NCBI GenBank assembly: GCA_032718475.1
Contig: JAUCBJ010000859.1
Span: 1-64,000, forward strand
From: Nemertoderma westbladi
Taxonomy: Eukaryota; Animalia; Xenacoelomorpha
Direction: 5' to 3'
Length of the DNA: 64,000 bases
The position numbers and the translations under genes were made by a program. Below, piece by piece: positions 51,386 to 63,039 of the stretch. Within the stretch, counting starts at the first letter, position 1. The number at the start of each line of letters is the position of its first letter. The notes under the pieces are model-generated. The model searched no databases. It was not told the DNA's origin and saw nothing but the letters and a program-made list of their open reading frames with translations.

Positions 51386-54035
51386 ATAGGGTTAATGGGA
51401 CTATTGCCCAAAATCTTTTTTTTATTTATAATTATTATTCTGAAACTTTAACAAAATGATCTGTGATCTTTTACTTTGAACTATCGGTATTTTTTCAAAA
51501 GTTGTATATTTAAAAGTAATTTTCGGGCTTTTTTATGTAATATATCTATCTCATATAGAAAGATGTGTAATACCACCTTGGTTGAAGTTATCGGTCCAAA
51601 AGTTTTGCACCATGGACATGTAGGTGATCTTTTATGACAACTTCAGAACAAAATTGTTGTTTTTGAAGAATTTATAGGGGGTCCTTAGTATTTTCGGACT
51701 ATATTTTGAGGATCATATATTTTGAGATAGACAAAGGGTTGCAGTTACAATATCGATTCTAGAACATCCAAATGGCCATGTTTTACAAATGAAATACTCA
51801 TGATTTTAGCCATAAAACTGTTAAATATTTTGGTTTCTCTTTGATGAAAATTGAATGAAAAATAAAAAGTAGAAAAATGAAAAATTTAGGAATCTACAAA
51901 CTGAGAAAATGAATATTAGCTTTAAATTCTGTTGTTGAAAAGTGCTGTTTTAGTGATGAAAAAAATCATTCCATGATGAAAACCGATGTCACCACATGAA
52001 AGCCTCTCCACTATGACACTACAAAAATAGATGAAAAAATTATTTATTTTTAATTTAAAAAATTTTCGAGAATTTCACTTTCATTATTAATAATTAATTC
52101 AGCCATTATGCAGTTAATTATCAAGTACTTCTCAGCTCAATATTGAGCTCGATATTTATTGCAAATCTGTGTATATTAACTGTATCTATGTATCTATGTA
52201 TAATGTAGAGTATCATTCAAACTGTAATAATGTTCTTATCACAATCAATCAATAATATAGCACAATTCACAATGCACTGTCGTGTATAGATTTCATTATA
52301 TGTGCACTAAATAATAATCTATTAAAACTGAACCATCATGTTCTAAGAAGTACTATTTTTTTTATTGCAAATATAACTAACCATTTGTAATTCGTTATAT
52401 TATATATCCAGATAGGGAGGGAACTGGTCGCAATAAAAATTCAACCCTCTCCAAGGAAAATTCGACGCAAATAACCGCTGATTGCACTCAAAAATAAAAC
52501 TGTAGCCTGTTCTATTGTGTTTAGTTTCTTATTTTGGTTAAGATAACGTGCCACTGTAACCTGATCCTTTCCCTAAATTTAGAATTTAATATTGAGGCGG
52601 GATATTAATTCGCCAAGACGGGATTTGCGTCCAGTTTCCAACCCTGTCGCTATATATCACTAATAACGTTGGATAGGATGGTGTACTGTATACACACACG
52701 TACCGTTCATATCACTACGTGATAGGCGAATATTGAGCCAGACTAAGCCCAATTTCGTTGAGAATATTGTTATTAATGAACTTTATTTACAGATGTTAGT
52801 ATAACTGGTTGTCACTACTACTGAGAACGAAAGCAATAAATAATAAATAGACTTTAGACTTTACAGTAATAGGGGGAGAGGAATTCAATAAATAATCGAT
52901 GTTTGTCCTACAGAAGTTTCATACCCACCCCATTAGGCGGATTGTCTGGCTGTCCGTCATACATTGTGACGGTCAGATTCATAGACAGAGATACTCCACG
53001 ATTACTCTAAAATTAAATTATATATCTCTAGTAAAGCCGTTTTCAGATTTGAAATACTCATTAAATTCTACTCTATAAATGAAATAAAATATCAAATATA
53101 CAGTATGAAACTTTGACCCTAGGGTGGCTACCTCCTTAGTAGTATACATTACATGGCCCCTCAACCAAGGTCACCCGTAGTCCATCATTACCATCCATTT
53201 CTGGTACTGCAGCCAATCAGAAGCCACCATTTCAACCTTTTGCAGTGGTCGTTATTATTTCAACCAATCAGATGTCAGCATTTCATCCGTAACCATGGTA
53301 ACTTCTCAAGTTCCCGCTTATTCCGCTAGAGGCGTTATTAGTCACCCAACGCTAGTACTGCATCCAATCACCAACCTTTATTTTACAGGTGTTCGGGTGT
53401 CTACACTTAGCATCAGGTAACTTCTATTATTTTTCAAATCGCAATTTTTCACCAACCATTGCATATTCATCTTCACATAGCCTAACCTCACGATGCATGG
53501 CTAGCCCCCATCCCATTGCTACTCAATCCACAGCTGTTACCCACTCAACCAACCAATCAACAGCGATGTTTGCCTAACCCTACGGTTATTCACCTTTTCA
53601 CCACGTTACCGCCACTGCCACGTTACCACCACCACTGTATACTGTATATGGTGACGACGTGGCCACCAACTATGTGCATCATGCATATATTATATTATAT
53701 CGATTGCCAACTCCACGACAACCGTCGCCAAACCAACAAACCAACCACTCAGTATGATACATGAGATTCCGTCACGTTCCAGCTATGCGTATACGAGTAT
53801 TAGTGATTATTATTACGCAATAATTTTTTTTGATTATCCAGTAGTTCCCTACCGGCTAATCAACCAATCAATAAACCGAATTTAGGCTATTTTTCAGTTG
53901 AAGACCTGTATTATTTTTGAAAATATCTTATATATAATCTCTTGCTTTAATCGCAATTAATCATTTGTATGTAATGGTTTTAGTTTAAAAAGTTTTTACT
54001 TTGTTTGTTTGATTTACAATAAAATTAATTAGATA

Positions 54036-54479
54036 ATGTCTTCTGATTCCAATATGGTTATGCCAATAGTAAGGCATTCATTTTTCGCAGAAGATGGTGA
54101 AGCCTATATTGTTATTGATCATACAATTTACCGTCAAGGAGATGATAAATATAAAATTGAATTTTCTGAAAAAGCCAGGAAAGTTTTAAGCTCAATTGAT
54201 ATTGATGCTTCTGATAATAGTATTCATCTTTTAGATTACAACCTGAAAGCTGAGCATGGGGGAAAATTAACCAACATCTTACTATTATCCATGATAGAGG
54301 GGTTTATTGTTATTACACAATACAACGAAGCTGGTGAAAAGTTTGAAATACGGCTAAATCGGCATAGCCCCTACGAAATTATGTCTTTCTTTATTGTAAT
54401 GATTTCAAAAGAATCCTTTGTCGAACCTGAAGAATCAGCGGATAATGTTGAATATGTTGATAATATCATTGATTCTTGA
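54036..54479 (+). CDS. Polinton hypothetical protein (147 aa)
   Basis: Clean ORF in AT-rich context, co-oriented with the viral genes; no recognisable motif. Confidence 0.6.
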   Translation: MSSDSNMVMPIVRHSFFAEDGEAYIVIDHTIYRQGDDKYKIEFSEKARKVLSSIDIDASDNSIHLLDYNLKAEHGGKLTNILLLSMIEGFIVITQYNEAGEKFEIRLNRHSPYEIMSFFIVMISKESFVEPEESADNVEYVDNIIDS

Positions 54480-54644
54480 CTTTTCCCCCTATATTATAAA
54501 TATTTTATGATTATATATAAAATTTTGTTGTTTTTAAATAATCGAAAATTGTAGTAGTATTTGTATATACAGTATAACAGTTTTGTTTGTTGTTGTTGTT
54601 GTGTATTGTGGTAATTATTTTCAATTTACTTTAAAATTTGGAAA

Positions 54645-55097
54645 ATGGATATTTTAAATGAAAAATGTCCAGTTTGCTATTCTAAGTTATTGCAACAACA
54701 TCGAGATTATTATAAATGTGAAAATAAACATGCAACTTGCGTACAATGTATTGTACAATATTCCGAAATGAATAATTATTGTTCTAAAATTTGTCCTATT
54801 TGTCGCGCACCCATATCTAAGTTTAATATAAAGTTGGCAAGATACCAACCCTATTATTGGAAAGAGCTTCGCAATATAACTTATATTTCTGCGAAAAGTA
54901 ATGATCCGGGAGATTTATTTACAATCTTGGAGAATATTTTTTATAGAAACGTAGTACGACGCTGTTGCTACTATATTCCTTATTTTTTTAGCAGCGAACA
55001 TAAAAAAATCATTAGCGCGAAATTTTCGGGAAGTGATTTCCAAACCGCCGATGTTACCTATCATTATTTCGCGTATAAAGATGCTCACCATGCTTGA
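54645..55097 (+). CDS. RING-finger protein (putative E3 ubiquitin ligase)
   Basis: CPVC-x13-CENKHATCVQC-x13-CPICR, a C3HC4-like spacing. Confidence 0.8.
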   Translation: MDILNEKCPVCYSKLLQQHRDYYKCENKHATCVQCIVQYSEMNNYCSKICPICRAPISKFNIKLARYQPYYWKELRNITYISAKSNDPGDLFTILENIFYRNVVRRCCYYIPYFFSSEHKKIISAKFSGSDFQTADVTYHYFAYKDAHHA

Positions 55098-55314
55098 AAT
55101 TACATCAGTCTATACTATAATTGGAAATAGCACCTTTTGCTGCAGCGAGCGTCACATACTGTAGTGGCGTCATATGTTAATTAAATATACAGTACTCTAA
55201 TATTGTAGTTGCATCAATTATTGTTATATACATAGTAATGGTGTTGGTTTATTGATATTGATATTGATATTGATATTATATTATATTGTTGATATATCTT
55301 AATAATAATAATAA

Positions 55315-55995
55315 ATGGCTGACTTTAATTCAGGTCCATATAATTTAAACTTTCAAATGGGCACAAGTATGATAATTTCAGGGCCATCTGGTTCCGGAAA
55401 GTCAACCTTTGTAAGCAATTTAATTAAACACAAGAATGGTTGTTTCAACGAAGCCCCCTTGCGAGTATTGTATTGTTACGGGAGCAATCCCCCGACTATT
55501 CCTGGTATTACTCACCTTTACAAAGGCTTGCCTGAAAATATAGATAGTTTAGTGAATAGTCGAGATTTATTAATTATAGATGATTTGTTAACAGAAACTG
55601 AGTCCAGTACAGCTTTAACTGTATTGTTTACTAAGGTAGCTCATCATTCCAATATATTTATTTGTTTTATAACGCAAAACATGTTTTACAGTGGGAAGCA
55701 TAACAGCACAAGATCAATTAATAGCCATACTTTAGTATTAATGAAAAATCCGAGAGACAGTCTATCGGTTTTAAATTTCGCGAAGCAGATGTTACCAGGG
55801 CAGACCAAATTTTTAGTTGATTCCTATCAAGATGCGACAATTCAACCATTTTCACATTTCTTAATTGATTTACGACAGGAAACACCCGAACATTTAAGAT
55901 TTAGATCTGATATATTTCGTAATCATAATTGTTACATTAAAAATTACACTGACTATAAACGTAGCGAAAATAATAATAATAATAATGATAAATAA
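55315..55995 (+). CDS. FtsK/A32-type DNA packaging ATPase
   Basis: Walker A GPSGSGKS, Walker B LLIIDDL, HHSNI..ITQN. Confidence 0.93.
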   Translation: MADFNSGPYNLNFQMGTSMIISGPSGSGKSTFVSNLIKHKNGCFNEAPLRVLYCYGSNPPTIPGITHLYKGLPENIDSLVNSRDLLIIDDLLTETESSTALTVLFTKVAHHSNIFICFITQNMFYSGKHNSTRSINSHTLVLMKNPRDSLSVLNFAKQMLPGQTKFLVDSYQDATIQPFSHFLIDLRQETPEHLRFRSDIFRNHNCYIKNYTDYKRSENNNNNNDK

Positions 55996-56032
55996 TTAAT
56001 ATTTTGTAACAATTTTCAATAATGTTGCAACA

Positions 56033-56416
56033 ATGAATAGAATTGTGCAGAAATATCGTAACGAACTGGAATTTCTACGCAGCGCTACCCCTCAACAAAG
56101 AACTTATTTTATTAACCATACCGCCAGTAACGAATTAATACGGCTCATTGTAAATACTGCATTAAATGTTCTAAAAGGTAATGTACAATTGACCCCTCAT
56201 TCATTTAGAAATATTCGCCGCTATAAGAAGGTATTGAAATCACTCAACCGTAAAACAAAAAATATATCAAGTTACAGAAAAAAGTTAAGCAATCAATCTG
56301 GAGGCATACTACTGTTTCTAATACCCTTACTCGGCATTGGTGCGAAACTCGCCGCGAGTGCCGGTGCCGCTGCCGCTGGGGCTGCTATTGCGAAAAAAAT
56401 TTACCGTGGACGGTAA
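56033..56416 (+). CDS. Basic Polinton virion/core protein with a putative adenain cleavage site
   Basis: NVLKGNV, K/R-rich, QSGG followed by a hydrophobic/Ala-rich tail as in Polinton small conserved proteins. Confidence 0.75.
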   Translation: MNRIVQKYRNELEFLRSATPQQRTYFINHTASNELIRLIVNTALNVLKGNVQLTPHSFRNIRRYKKVLKSLNRKTKNISSYRKKLSNQSGGILLFLIPLLGIGAKLAASAGAAAAGAAIAKKIYRGR

Positions 56417-56418
56417 TA

Positions 56419-56589
56419 ATGGTTAAAACGGGAGTAACATTTAGAAAATTATATTTAGTATCGAGTAAACCGTTAGCTGCTGATTTAAAACCACAAGATA
56501 TACCTAGAGTAAATACTACAAAAAGAAAACCCTTTAAAACATCAACTTCGAAGAAAATAATTAAAAAATTTCAGTTGTTCTTACGGTGA
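56419..56589 (+). CDS. Small basic ORF (56 aa), possibly truncated
   Basis: ATG in a TAATAATG junction after the previous stop; MVKTGVTFRKLYLVSSK... Confidence 0.4.
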   Translation: MVKTGVTFRKLYLVSSKPLAADLKPQDIPRVNTTKRKPFKTSTSKKIIKKFQLFLR

Positions 56590-56640
56590 TGCCCTTTATA
56601 AGAGATTTGAATATACATATTACTTGCGGTTGTCGAAAAG

Positions 56641-57731
56641 ATGCCTCGCAAGATGAAACCGATTTTAAGCCGAAGCTTAGACAAAAAACTGTTAAGAATT
56701 TATTTAGATCCTTCATCCCCCGCGGGATTTGCAAGTGTTGCAAAATTAGCAAAAGCTGCAAACATCAAACCAGCGCAAGCCCAGAAATGGTTGAGCAGAC
56801 AAAAGACATACACCCTTCACGCTCCACGTAGACAACATTATCCAACATCTAAAATATTTACGGGAGGCATAAAAGATATATATATGATAGATCTGGTGGA
56901 TATGCAGCAATATAAGTCGCAAAATAATAATTATAACTATATATTAATGTGCATTGATGCCTTCAGTCGGCTTGCTTTTGGCTATGGTATGAAAACAAAA
57001 AAGGGTGTTGAAATTATTAGTATATTGCAAAAAATATTCCAGAAAGGAAAACCAAACAGAATCGCCACGGATCAAGGTTCTGAGTTTCTAAATAAATCTG
57101 TAAGGAAATATTTAGATACGTTAGGTATACAGTATTACGTAATGTATTCTGTGAATAAGGCGGCTATTGTCGAGAGATTTAACAGAACCTTAAAAACAAA
57201 GATGTTCAAAATTTTCACGCAAAGGGGAAATAATATTTGGATAAAAATTTTACCTAAGCTTATCTCAGCTTATAATAGGTCGTATCATAGAACAATACAA
57301 ATGACACCTATTGAAGTTAATAAATTTAATGAAACTGAATTAATGAATAGATTATATGGGAAATATAGACAGATAAATCACAAGAAAATAAAATTTAAAG
57401 TTGGAGATACAGTACGATTATCTATTGCTCGTACTGCTTTTGCTAAAGGCTATCGAGAACAATGGACACATGAATTATTTATTATTCATCGGGTCAGGTT
57501 GGATAGAGTACCAGCGGTAATGTTCGATATTAAGGACAGCACCGGAGCTATAATAAAGGGCTCATTTTATTCTCACGAACTCCAAAAGGTCCACCCGAAT
57601 AGTAATATTTATCTAGCAATTGACAAAAAAATATTGGCAAACTTAAAGAACGTGTACGCAATGGGAAGAAAGAATATTTAGTCCGATTCATCGGATCCAA
57701 GAAACAGTCCTGGGTACAGCATATTCAATAA
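56641..57731 (+). CDS. Retroviral-like (c-)integrase; chromo-like tail in the -1 frame after ~57630
   Basis: DDE triad IDLVD, TDQGSEF, VERFNRTLK; FKVGDTVR, FAKGY..W. Tail RVRNGKKEYLVRFIG..SWV to TAA 57729-31. Confidence 0.92.
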
Positions 57732-57979
57732 GCTTAGGTTTATACTGTATATTAATTCATTTTGGTCGCATATGACCGTAATTAATCAATAATATTAACT
57801 CGAATGATATTACTATATCTATAGTTCATCCGCTTTAAATAAAGCCAGTAAAATATTGATCCCTCGCATATACTGTAGAAGATGCGGCAATGAACGTGGT
57901 CACAGATGTCTATAATTTAACATTATACTGTATGTACAAAGGAGTCAAGTAGAGAGAGCGAGCTTAAATAATAATAATA

Positions 57980-58852
57980 ATGGCCACAGATACATATATC
58001 ACTCTACTTTCAGATAGCTCATTGAACACTTATCCCAATAATAATCCTAGTGAGTTTACTGTTGATTTAGCCGAAGAATTATATATTGGTCCAAATGCCA
58101 AAATTGGACTTGCCGAACTTCAATATCAAGCAACATACAGTAATATTACGCTGCAAACTCAAATTTCGCTGTCAATCGGGGTAGATGCAAAAGATGCCAA
58201 ATTATATAGTTTATTTCCTGGTATGCATAACTCTATTCAAGTGATTATTGATGATATAAATAAACTGTTTAATTCTGAAGCGAAATATAGAGATTTCGAA
58301 TTCATTTTTAATACAAATAATTCTAGAATTAAATTTAAATTTCCTAAAAAGTTGAAAAAAATACAATTAAGTCTACGCGGCGATTTAATACAAATTCTAG
58401 GCTTAAAACCGTTATTGGATCGGAATCATCCGGATATTCCAAATTGGGATATATACAGTACCACTACAGTAGATGAATTAAGCAATATAGAACAACCGAT
58501 ATTAATTTTAAATTATAGTGGACCAAAAATTTCGGAAATTGGCATTTTAGATTTTCCAGCTCCCACAAATATAACACGTAATAAAGATACAATTTTCATA
58601 TACACAGATATTATTAAGAGCTCATTTGTTGGCGACGCTTTAGCTCCGCTCTTAAGAACCTGCCCTTTAACGCAATTAAATCGAAAATATATTAATCACG
58701 AATACGAGAGCATTTGCTATTTCCCATTGTTGAATAAAAAACTAAAAACAATCTTAATTACTTTACGTGACGGCCAAGGCCAATTAATTAACTTCAGCGG
58801 AGGTCGCACTGTTATAACACTTAAGTTAATACGGGGTGGCGGTGATGGATGA
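57980..58852 (+). CDS. Minor capsid (penton) protein 1
   Basis: YITLLSDSS..YPNN..SEF; IYTDII..FVGD..PLLR; ITLRD..G..INF.GG..TL. Confidence 0.85.
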   Translation: MATDTYITLLSDSSLNTYPNNNPSEFTVDLAEELYIGPNAKIGLAELQYQATYSNITLQTQISLSIGVDAKDAKLYSLFPGMHNSIQVIIDDINKLFNSEAKYRDFEFIFNTNNSRIKFKFPKKLKKIQLSLRGDLIQILGLKPLLDRNHPDIPNWDIYSTTTVDELSNIEQPILILNYSGPKISEIGILDFPAPTNITRNKDTIFIYTDIIKSSFVGDALAPLLRTCPLTQLNRKYINHEYESICYFPLLNKKLKTILITLRDGQGQLINFSGGRTVITLKLIRGGGDG

Positions 58853-59702
58853 GTTCTACGTTAGACTACCAAGTAATTCCTGTCCAATTGATTTTCCCCG
58901 CAATAGCGCTAGTAATTATCAGATAAATTTCCACGGCGCCTTACCTATAAATCCAAACGAAAACTGGGTGGTAGGTATAAAAAGTATATTTTACTTAGCA
59001 ACGTTGCCGTCCATGTATAACAATGTAGAGAATGTTATTTTATTAAAAAAAGGGAAAAAAATTTTTGAGGATACACTTCCATCTGGTTTATTCTACAGTA
59101 TCAATGACATTATAGATTATTTTAACACAGGGGCGTTGAAAGATAAATTACAAATAGTTGAAAATACTCAGCAAAATAGATTGCAATTTATTTTAGGGAA
59201 AACTGTGCGAGAGTTATTTATAGGCCAACTATTAGCCTATTATTTTGGAATTACTGAAAATAATCTCGGCGCGAATTTAAATCCAAATTTTAAAATTATT
59301 TTGAAGACGAAAAATAATATAAAGGGTTATTTAATAAAGGTTATCGGAAATGGAGAAAAGGCTTACCAGATGGTATTTTTATGCCCTCAACCACCCAACT
59401 CTATTCCAGAACCTAAATCGAACATGTACGTGACTACTAATATAATTGAAAATCAATATATTAACGATTTTGGTTTAGCTTTACTTCGTCGTGTTGCGAT
59501 ACCTGATGATGTGAAATATGGTAGCGTAATAAATAAAGAATTTGTCAAGGATACAATTCATTATATCCCTGTAAAAAAATCATATAAGATAACATACATT
59601 CATATTGAAATAACAGACAAAGAAGGAAAAGATTTGAATTTTGAATACGGCACAACTTCTATTACATTACACTTTAAACGAATAAATTCAAATGGATTCT
59701 GA
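58845..59702 (+). CDS. Minor capsid (penton) protein 2
   Basis: FYVRLPSNS..FPRN.AS.Y; YVTTNII...LLR; IEITD..G..LNF..G.TSITLHFKR. ATG overlaps the previous stop. Confidence 0.82.
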   Translation: MDEFYVRLPSNSCPIDFPRNSASNYQINFHGALPINPNENWVVGIKSIFYLATLPSMYNNVENVILLKKGKKIFEDTLPSGLFYSINDIIDYFNTGALKDKLQIVENTQQNRLQFILGKTVRELFIGQLLAYYFGITENNLGANLNPNFKIILKTKNNIKGYLIKVIGNGEKAYQMVFLCPQPPNSIPEPKSNMYVTTNIIENQYINDFGLALLRRVAIPDDVKYGSVINKEFVKDTIHYIPVKKSYKITYIHIEITDKEGKDLNFEYGTTSITLHFKRINSNGF

Positions 59703-60252
59703 TTTATTTCAAAGATACAGTAAACCTCAATATGGGGGTTCAGACTCTAATCTTGCTGTTTTTAAAGGCGGAAGAAGTACCAGAGGCTCGACGCAAGTTC
59801 CTGTTTTTCGTGGTGGTTCATATATTGACCCTTACGGTCAACAAATTGGTGCATTTGGTCCAAACTTAAAACAACGTCGTTTTCAACGTTATCCTAGAGG
59901 TATGCGGGCAAATCAACACGGAGAAGGTATATTTACAGACGCTTTATCTACATTGAAAAAATTTGGTAAGCCATTAGCTAAAAAAGTTTTACAAAAAGCT
60001 TTACCATTTACCACAAAATTTATGAGACAACACGTAATACCAAAAGGTAAGCGGGTCTTACATCAGCAGGCTAATACGGTTATTAATAAAGCATTAAATA
60101 AAATGAAACCATCAACAAGATCGGTTGTAGAAAAAGTTTATAGAGATTTAAAGCGACCCGCTAGACCAATGTCTATGAACATACAACATCGACGTAGTAA
60201 AAAGAGAAATATAAAAGGCAAACTGAAACACTGCGAAAAAAGTATTTTTTAA
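59692..60252 (+). CDS. Basic core/pX-like virion protein with QxGG / QxGxG processing motifs
   Basis: QYGG, PVFRGG, QHGEGIF, K/R-rich, ends IF immediately before the major capsid gene. Confidence 0.75.
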   Translation: MDSDLFQRYSKPQYGGSDSNLAVFKGGRSTRGSTQVPVFRGGSYIDPYGQQIGAFGPNLKQRRFQRYPRGMRANQHGEGIFTDALSTLKKFGKPLAKKVLQKALPFTTKFMRQHVIPKGKRVLHQQANTVINKALNKMKPSTRSVVEKVYRDLKRPARPMSMNIQHRRSKKRNIKGKLKHCEKSIF

Positions 60253-60254
60253 TA

Positions 60255-61514
60255 ATGTCAATTATTAAGGAATTAGATTTATTTTCTACACAGCCAATAC
60301 AGACTGAATTTAAAGCAAAGCATTATGAAACAATTTACCCCGTATCTAATCTCCGTAGTGAATCTAGGGAGGTCACGTTCCTTGTACCGAGATCCAATGA
60401 ATTCTATACGAAACTGCAAGATGCGTTATTAATTACAAAATGTACTGTACGCTGGGATAGACGACTTGAAAACTCTCATATATATATGCTGAATTACCCA
60501 GCTGAAACTATGTGGAGTGATATTAAAATAGACCTTAATGAGAAGCAGGTTGAAAATAGCAATAACCATTATTTCTACAAGTCGTACTTATCCAATTTAT
60601 TATTTACAACTTACGAGGATAAAAATGGGCTACTGGGTGCGGGTGGCTTTCATCAACCTTTATCTGAGCATGGAAATGAAATTGATCCCAACGCGCATCC
60701 TATTGCCGATGCCTTTAGTAAACAAATGCAATTTGTAAGTGGATTGACGATTGATTTTGATACTGAAACTAAAATAATACAACCCGGGTATGATTTAAGA
60801 ATGCATTTTAGAAAAGTATCAAATTCGTTTATTTTTAAAATCACTCCAAACGCAAACGCTGTGACAAATCTTCGACTAGAATTAGATGAAATAAAGATTC
60901 TAATCCCTAGAATGGAGGTTAATCCTGTAATAGAAAGCAGTCACCTAAAAGGTTTAGAGAGTTACGATATTGAATATCAATTCCAAAAAAAGGAGGTGAC
61001 AACATTTACTATTCCCGCTCAAACCACAAATTACACCCAAACAAACATATTTGATGGTAAAAAACCCAAATTAGTTATTATTGGCTTCATAACAAATAAC
61101 GCTTATTCGGGAGAATTAATTTGCAATCCCTTGAAATTTGAACATTTTAACCTTAGACGCGCGGAACTGATTGTAGACGGTCTTCCAGTAGGGGGTGTAA
61201 TATACGAGCCTAATTTTACAGATGGAACATATATTTTTGAGTATACTCAATTAATGAAGAACATTAATACATATATTAACGGTTATGGAGGTAATAATAT
61301 AGACCATGAAACCTACTTAGGTAATTGCCCCCTCCTATCCTGGGACCTAACCGCCGACGGGTATGTTAGAGATCCGCAACCCTCGATATATACTAACGGC
61401 CAATTAAAATTAAGATTTGCCGAACCGTTGGTTGAAACCATAAATGTAATCGTTTTTAATATTTATGATCAATCATTAAGTTTAAATAGCAGGAAAGAAA
61501 TACATATCGATTAA
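60255..61514 (+). CDS. Double jelly-roll major capsid protein
   Basis: ELDLF...Q, Y.YKSYL..LL, P..VIIGF..N.AY.G....NP.KF.HFNL, L.LRFAEPL: Polinton MCP pattern. Confidence 0.9.
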   Translation: MSIIKELDLFSTQPIQTEFKAKHYETIYPVSNLRSESREVTFLVPRSNEFYTKLQDALLITKCTVRWDRRLENSHIYMLNYPAETMWSDIKIDLNEKQVENSNNHYFYKSYLSNLLFTTYEDKNGLLGAGGFHQPLSEHGNEIDPNAHPIADAFSKQMQFVSGLTIDFDTETKIIQPGYDLRMHFRKVSNSFIFKITPNANAVTNLRLELDEIKILIPRMEVNPVIESSHLKGLESYDIEYQFQKKEVTTFTIPAQTTNYTQTNIFDGKKPKLVIIGFITNNAYSGELICNPLKFEHFNLRRAELIVDGLPVGGVIYEPNFTDGTYIFEYTQLMKNINTYINGYGGNNIDHETYLGNCPLLSWDLTADGYVRDPQPSIYTNGQLKLRFAEPLVETINVIVFNIYDQSLSLNSRKEIHID

Positions 61515-61516
61515 GT

Positions 61517-61972
61517 ATGTTATCTACAGAGGACCTTGATATGTTTCCAGTGGGTGGTCACTATTTGGGAGCGTTTCCAGCTAACAAATTACCTAAATTA
61601 GATAATAATAATAAGCGGCGGGATTATGGGTTAATAGTAAATACCGATAAAGAGCATCTGCCTGGGATTCATTGGATCGCGATATATATACGAGATAATG
61701 AGGCCGAAGTATTTGACTCGTTTGGACCAAAATATCCAAACAGATGCATCGAAAAATGGCTTGAGAAAAATTCCGCGAGGTGGCGTACTACACGCAAACA
61801 ATTTCAAGACCCCCGGAGGACCACATGCGGTCTGTACTGTCTTTATTATTTGGTAAATCGTATTCACACAATCTATCCAATGAGTGCGTTTACAAATAAT
61901 GTGGAAATAAATGAAATTATATTATATAAATGGCTTGTTAATTATTATAAATTAAACCAACAAACTTTGTAA
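61517..61972 (+). CDS. Adenain-like cysteine protease
   Basis: VNTD...PGIHWIA, FDSFG, Q....TCGLYC (H-D-Q-C). Confidence 0.93.
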   Translation: MLSTEDLDMFPVGGHYLGAFPANKLPKLDNNNKRRDYGLIVNTDKEHLPGIHWIAIYIRDNEAEVFDSFGPKYPNRCIEKWLEKNSARWRTTRKQFQDPRRTTCGLYCLYYLVNRIHTIYPMSAFTNNVEINEIILYKWLVNYYKLNQQTL

Positions 61973-62003
61973 TTAATTATTTAAGTTTTGTTTATCAGAT
62001 AAA

Positions 62004-62513
62004 ATGGATAATATTATTTTTGTTGATTTTCAATATTATAAGATAGACAATAAAGAGTATCCGGTAGTATTTAAAGAATTTGCTATTTTCGATTCTAATT
62101 ACAACAAAACTAATATAAAGACGTTTTTAATTAAAGGCCCACCTAATATTAAATTATCAGCATTAGATGCTGCCCACGTAAACAATTTACGGGATATGAC
62201 TTCTCACTTGCCCTGGAACTATGGAGACATTTCGCAAGACGACTTTAAAAAATATATGAAGAGACATTTAAAATATAAAAAAAATATTCATGTATTTGGG
62301 TTGATGAAGCGGGCAATATTAGTTTCCCAACTCGATGTTCTCGAGCCAAATTCGGTGGAGAAATTGGGAATATATAAGCAATATCACGATTATTTAACCC
62401 CTTGTCGATTTCACGACCGATTCACTACAGTGGAAAGTAAATGCACGTTCCACTTAAACATAAGGGATAACTGTCTGCGATACTGCTCAGCAAAACGCGT
62501 TGGGGGGGTTTGA
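62004..62513 (+). CDS. Polinton accessory protein, possibly DEDD-exonuclease-like
   Basis: IFVDFQ...FKEFA, LPWNYGD and a C-terminal C/H cluster. Assignment tentative. Confidence 0.55.
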   Translation: MDNIIFVDFQYYKIDNKEYPVVFKEFAIFDSNYNKTNIKTFLIKGPPNIKLSALDAAHVNNLRDMTSHLPWNYGDISQDDFKKYMKRHLKYKKNIHVFGLMKRAILVSQLDVLEPNSVEKLGIYKQYHDYLTPCRFHDRFTTVESKCTFHLNIRDNCLRYCSAKRVGGV

Positions 62514-63039
62514 GGCTCTACACTTTTTCATGAGAAAGCGTTTAACTGCGACTGATGATGATGATAAACAGAAAGAAATAACTGCAGTGGAAGATGTACT
62601 GTAGGTTTACTCTAAGCATGTAATGTGATGGGATAATATAATTTTATTTTGGTGATGATCTTGATGTTAATATAAAAATATAATAAAATATAATTTTTTT
62701 TACAACAAGTTCTCTAAAAGAGTCAATCGCGGTAGGTTAACCATGCACATTTAACAATATGACGTAGACGTAACATGTACAGTAAGTATTCTCGATATCG
62801 TTCTAATATAGATATACTGGTATTGCGAAACATCCTATACATCGCAAACTAATAACACATACAGTAGTTGACTAGTAATATTAGTCAGAAATGCAACATA
62901 AACTGTATAGGATGTAGTGTTAACCTGTTGGTACCGGTACTGATAAATTCAATAATTTATTATAAGCCTAACCACAACTGTTATCCGCTTTATCAGCACC
63001 GGTAGTGTTTTACTCTTCCAACACTGTAGTCACAGTCTA

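Noticed and set aside
53138-62513. Bacterial prophage or contamination
   Set aside because: The gene set (c-integrase, adenain, A32-type ATPase, DJR capsid) and AGTAGT terminus are Polinton hallmarks, and the block is contiguous with eukaryotic repeats.
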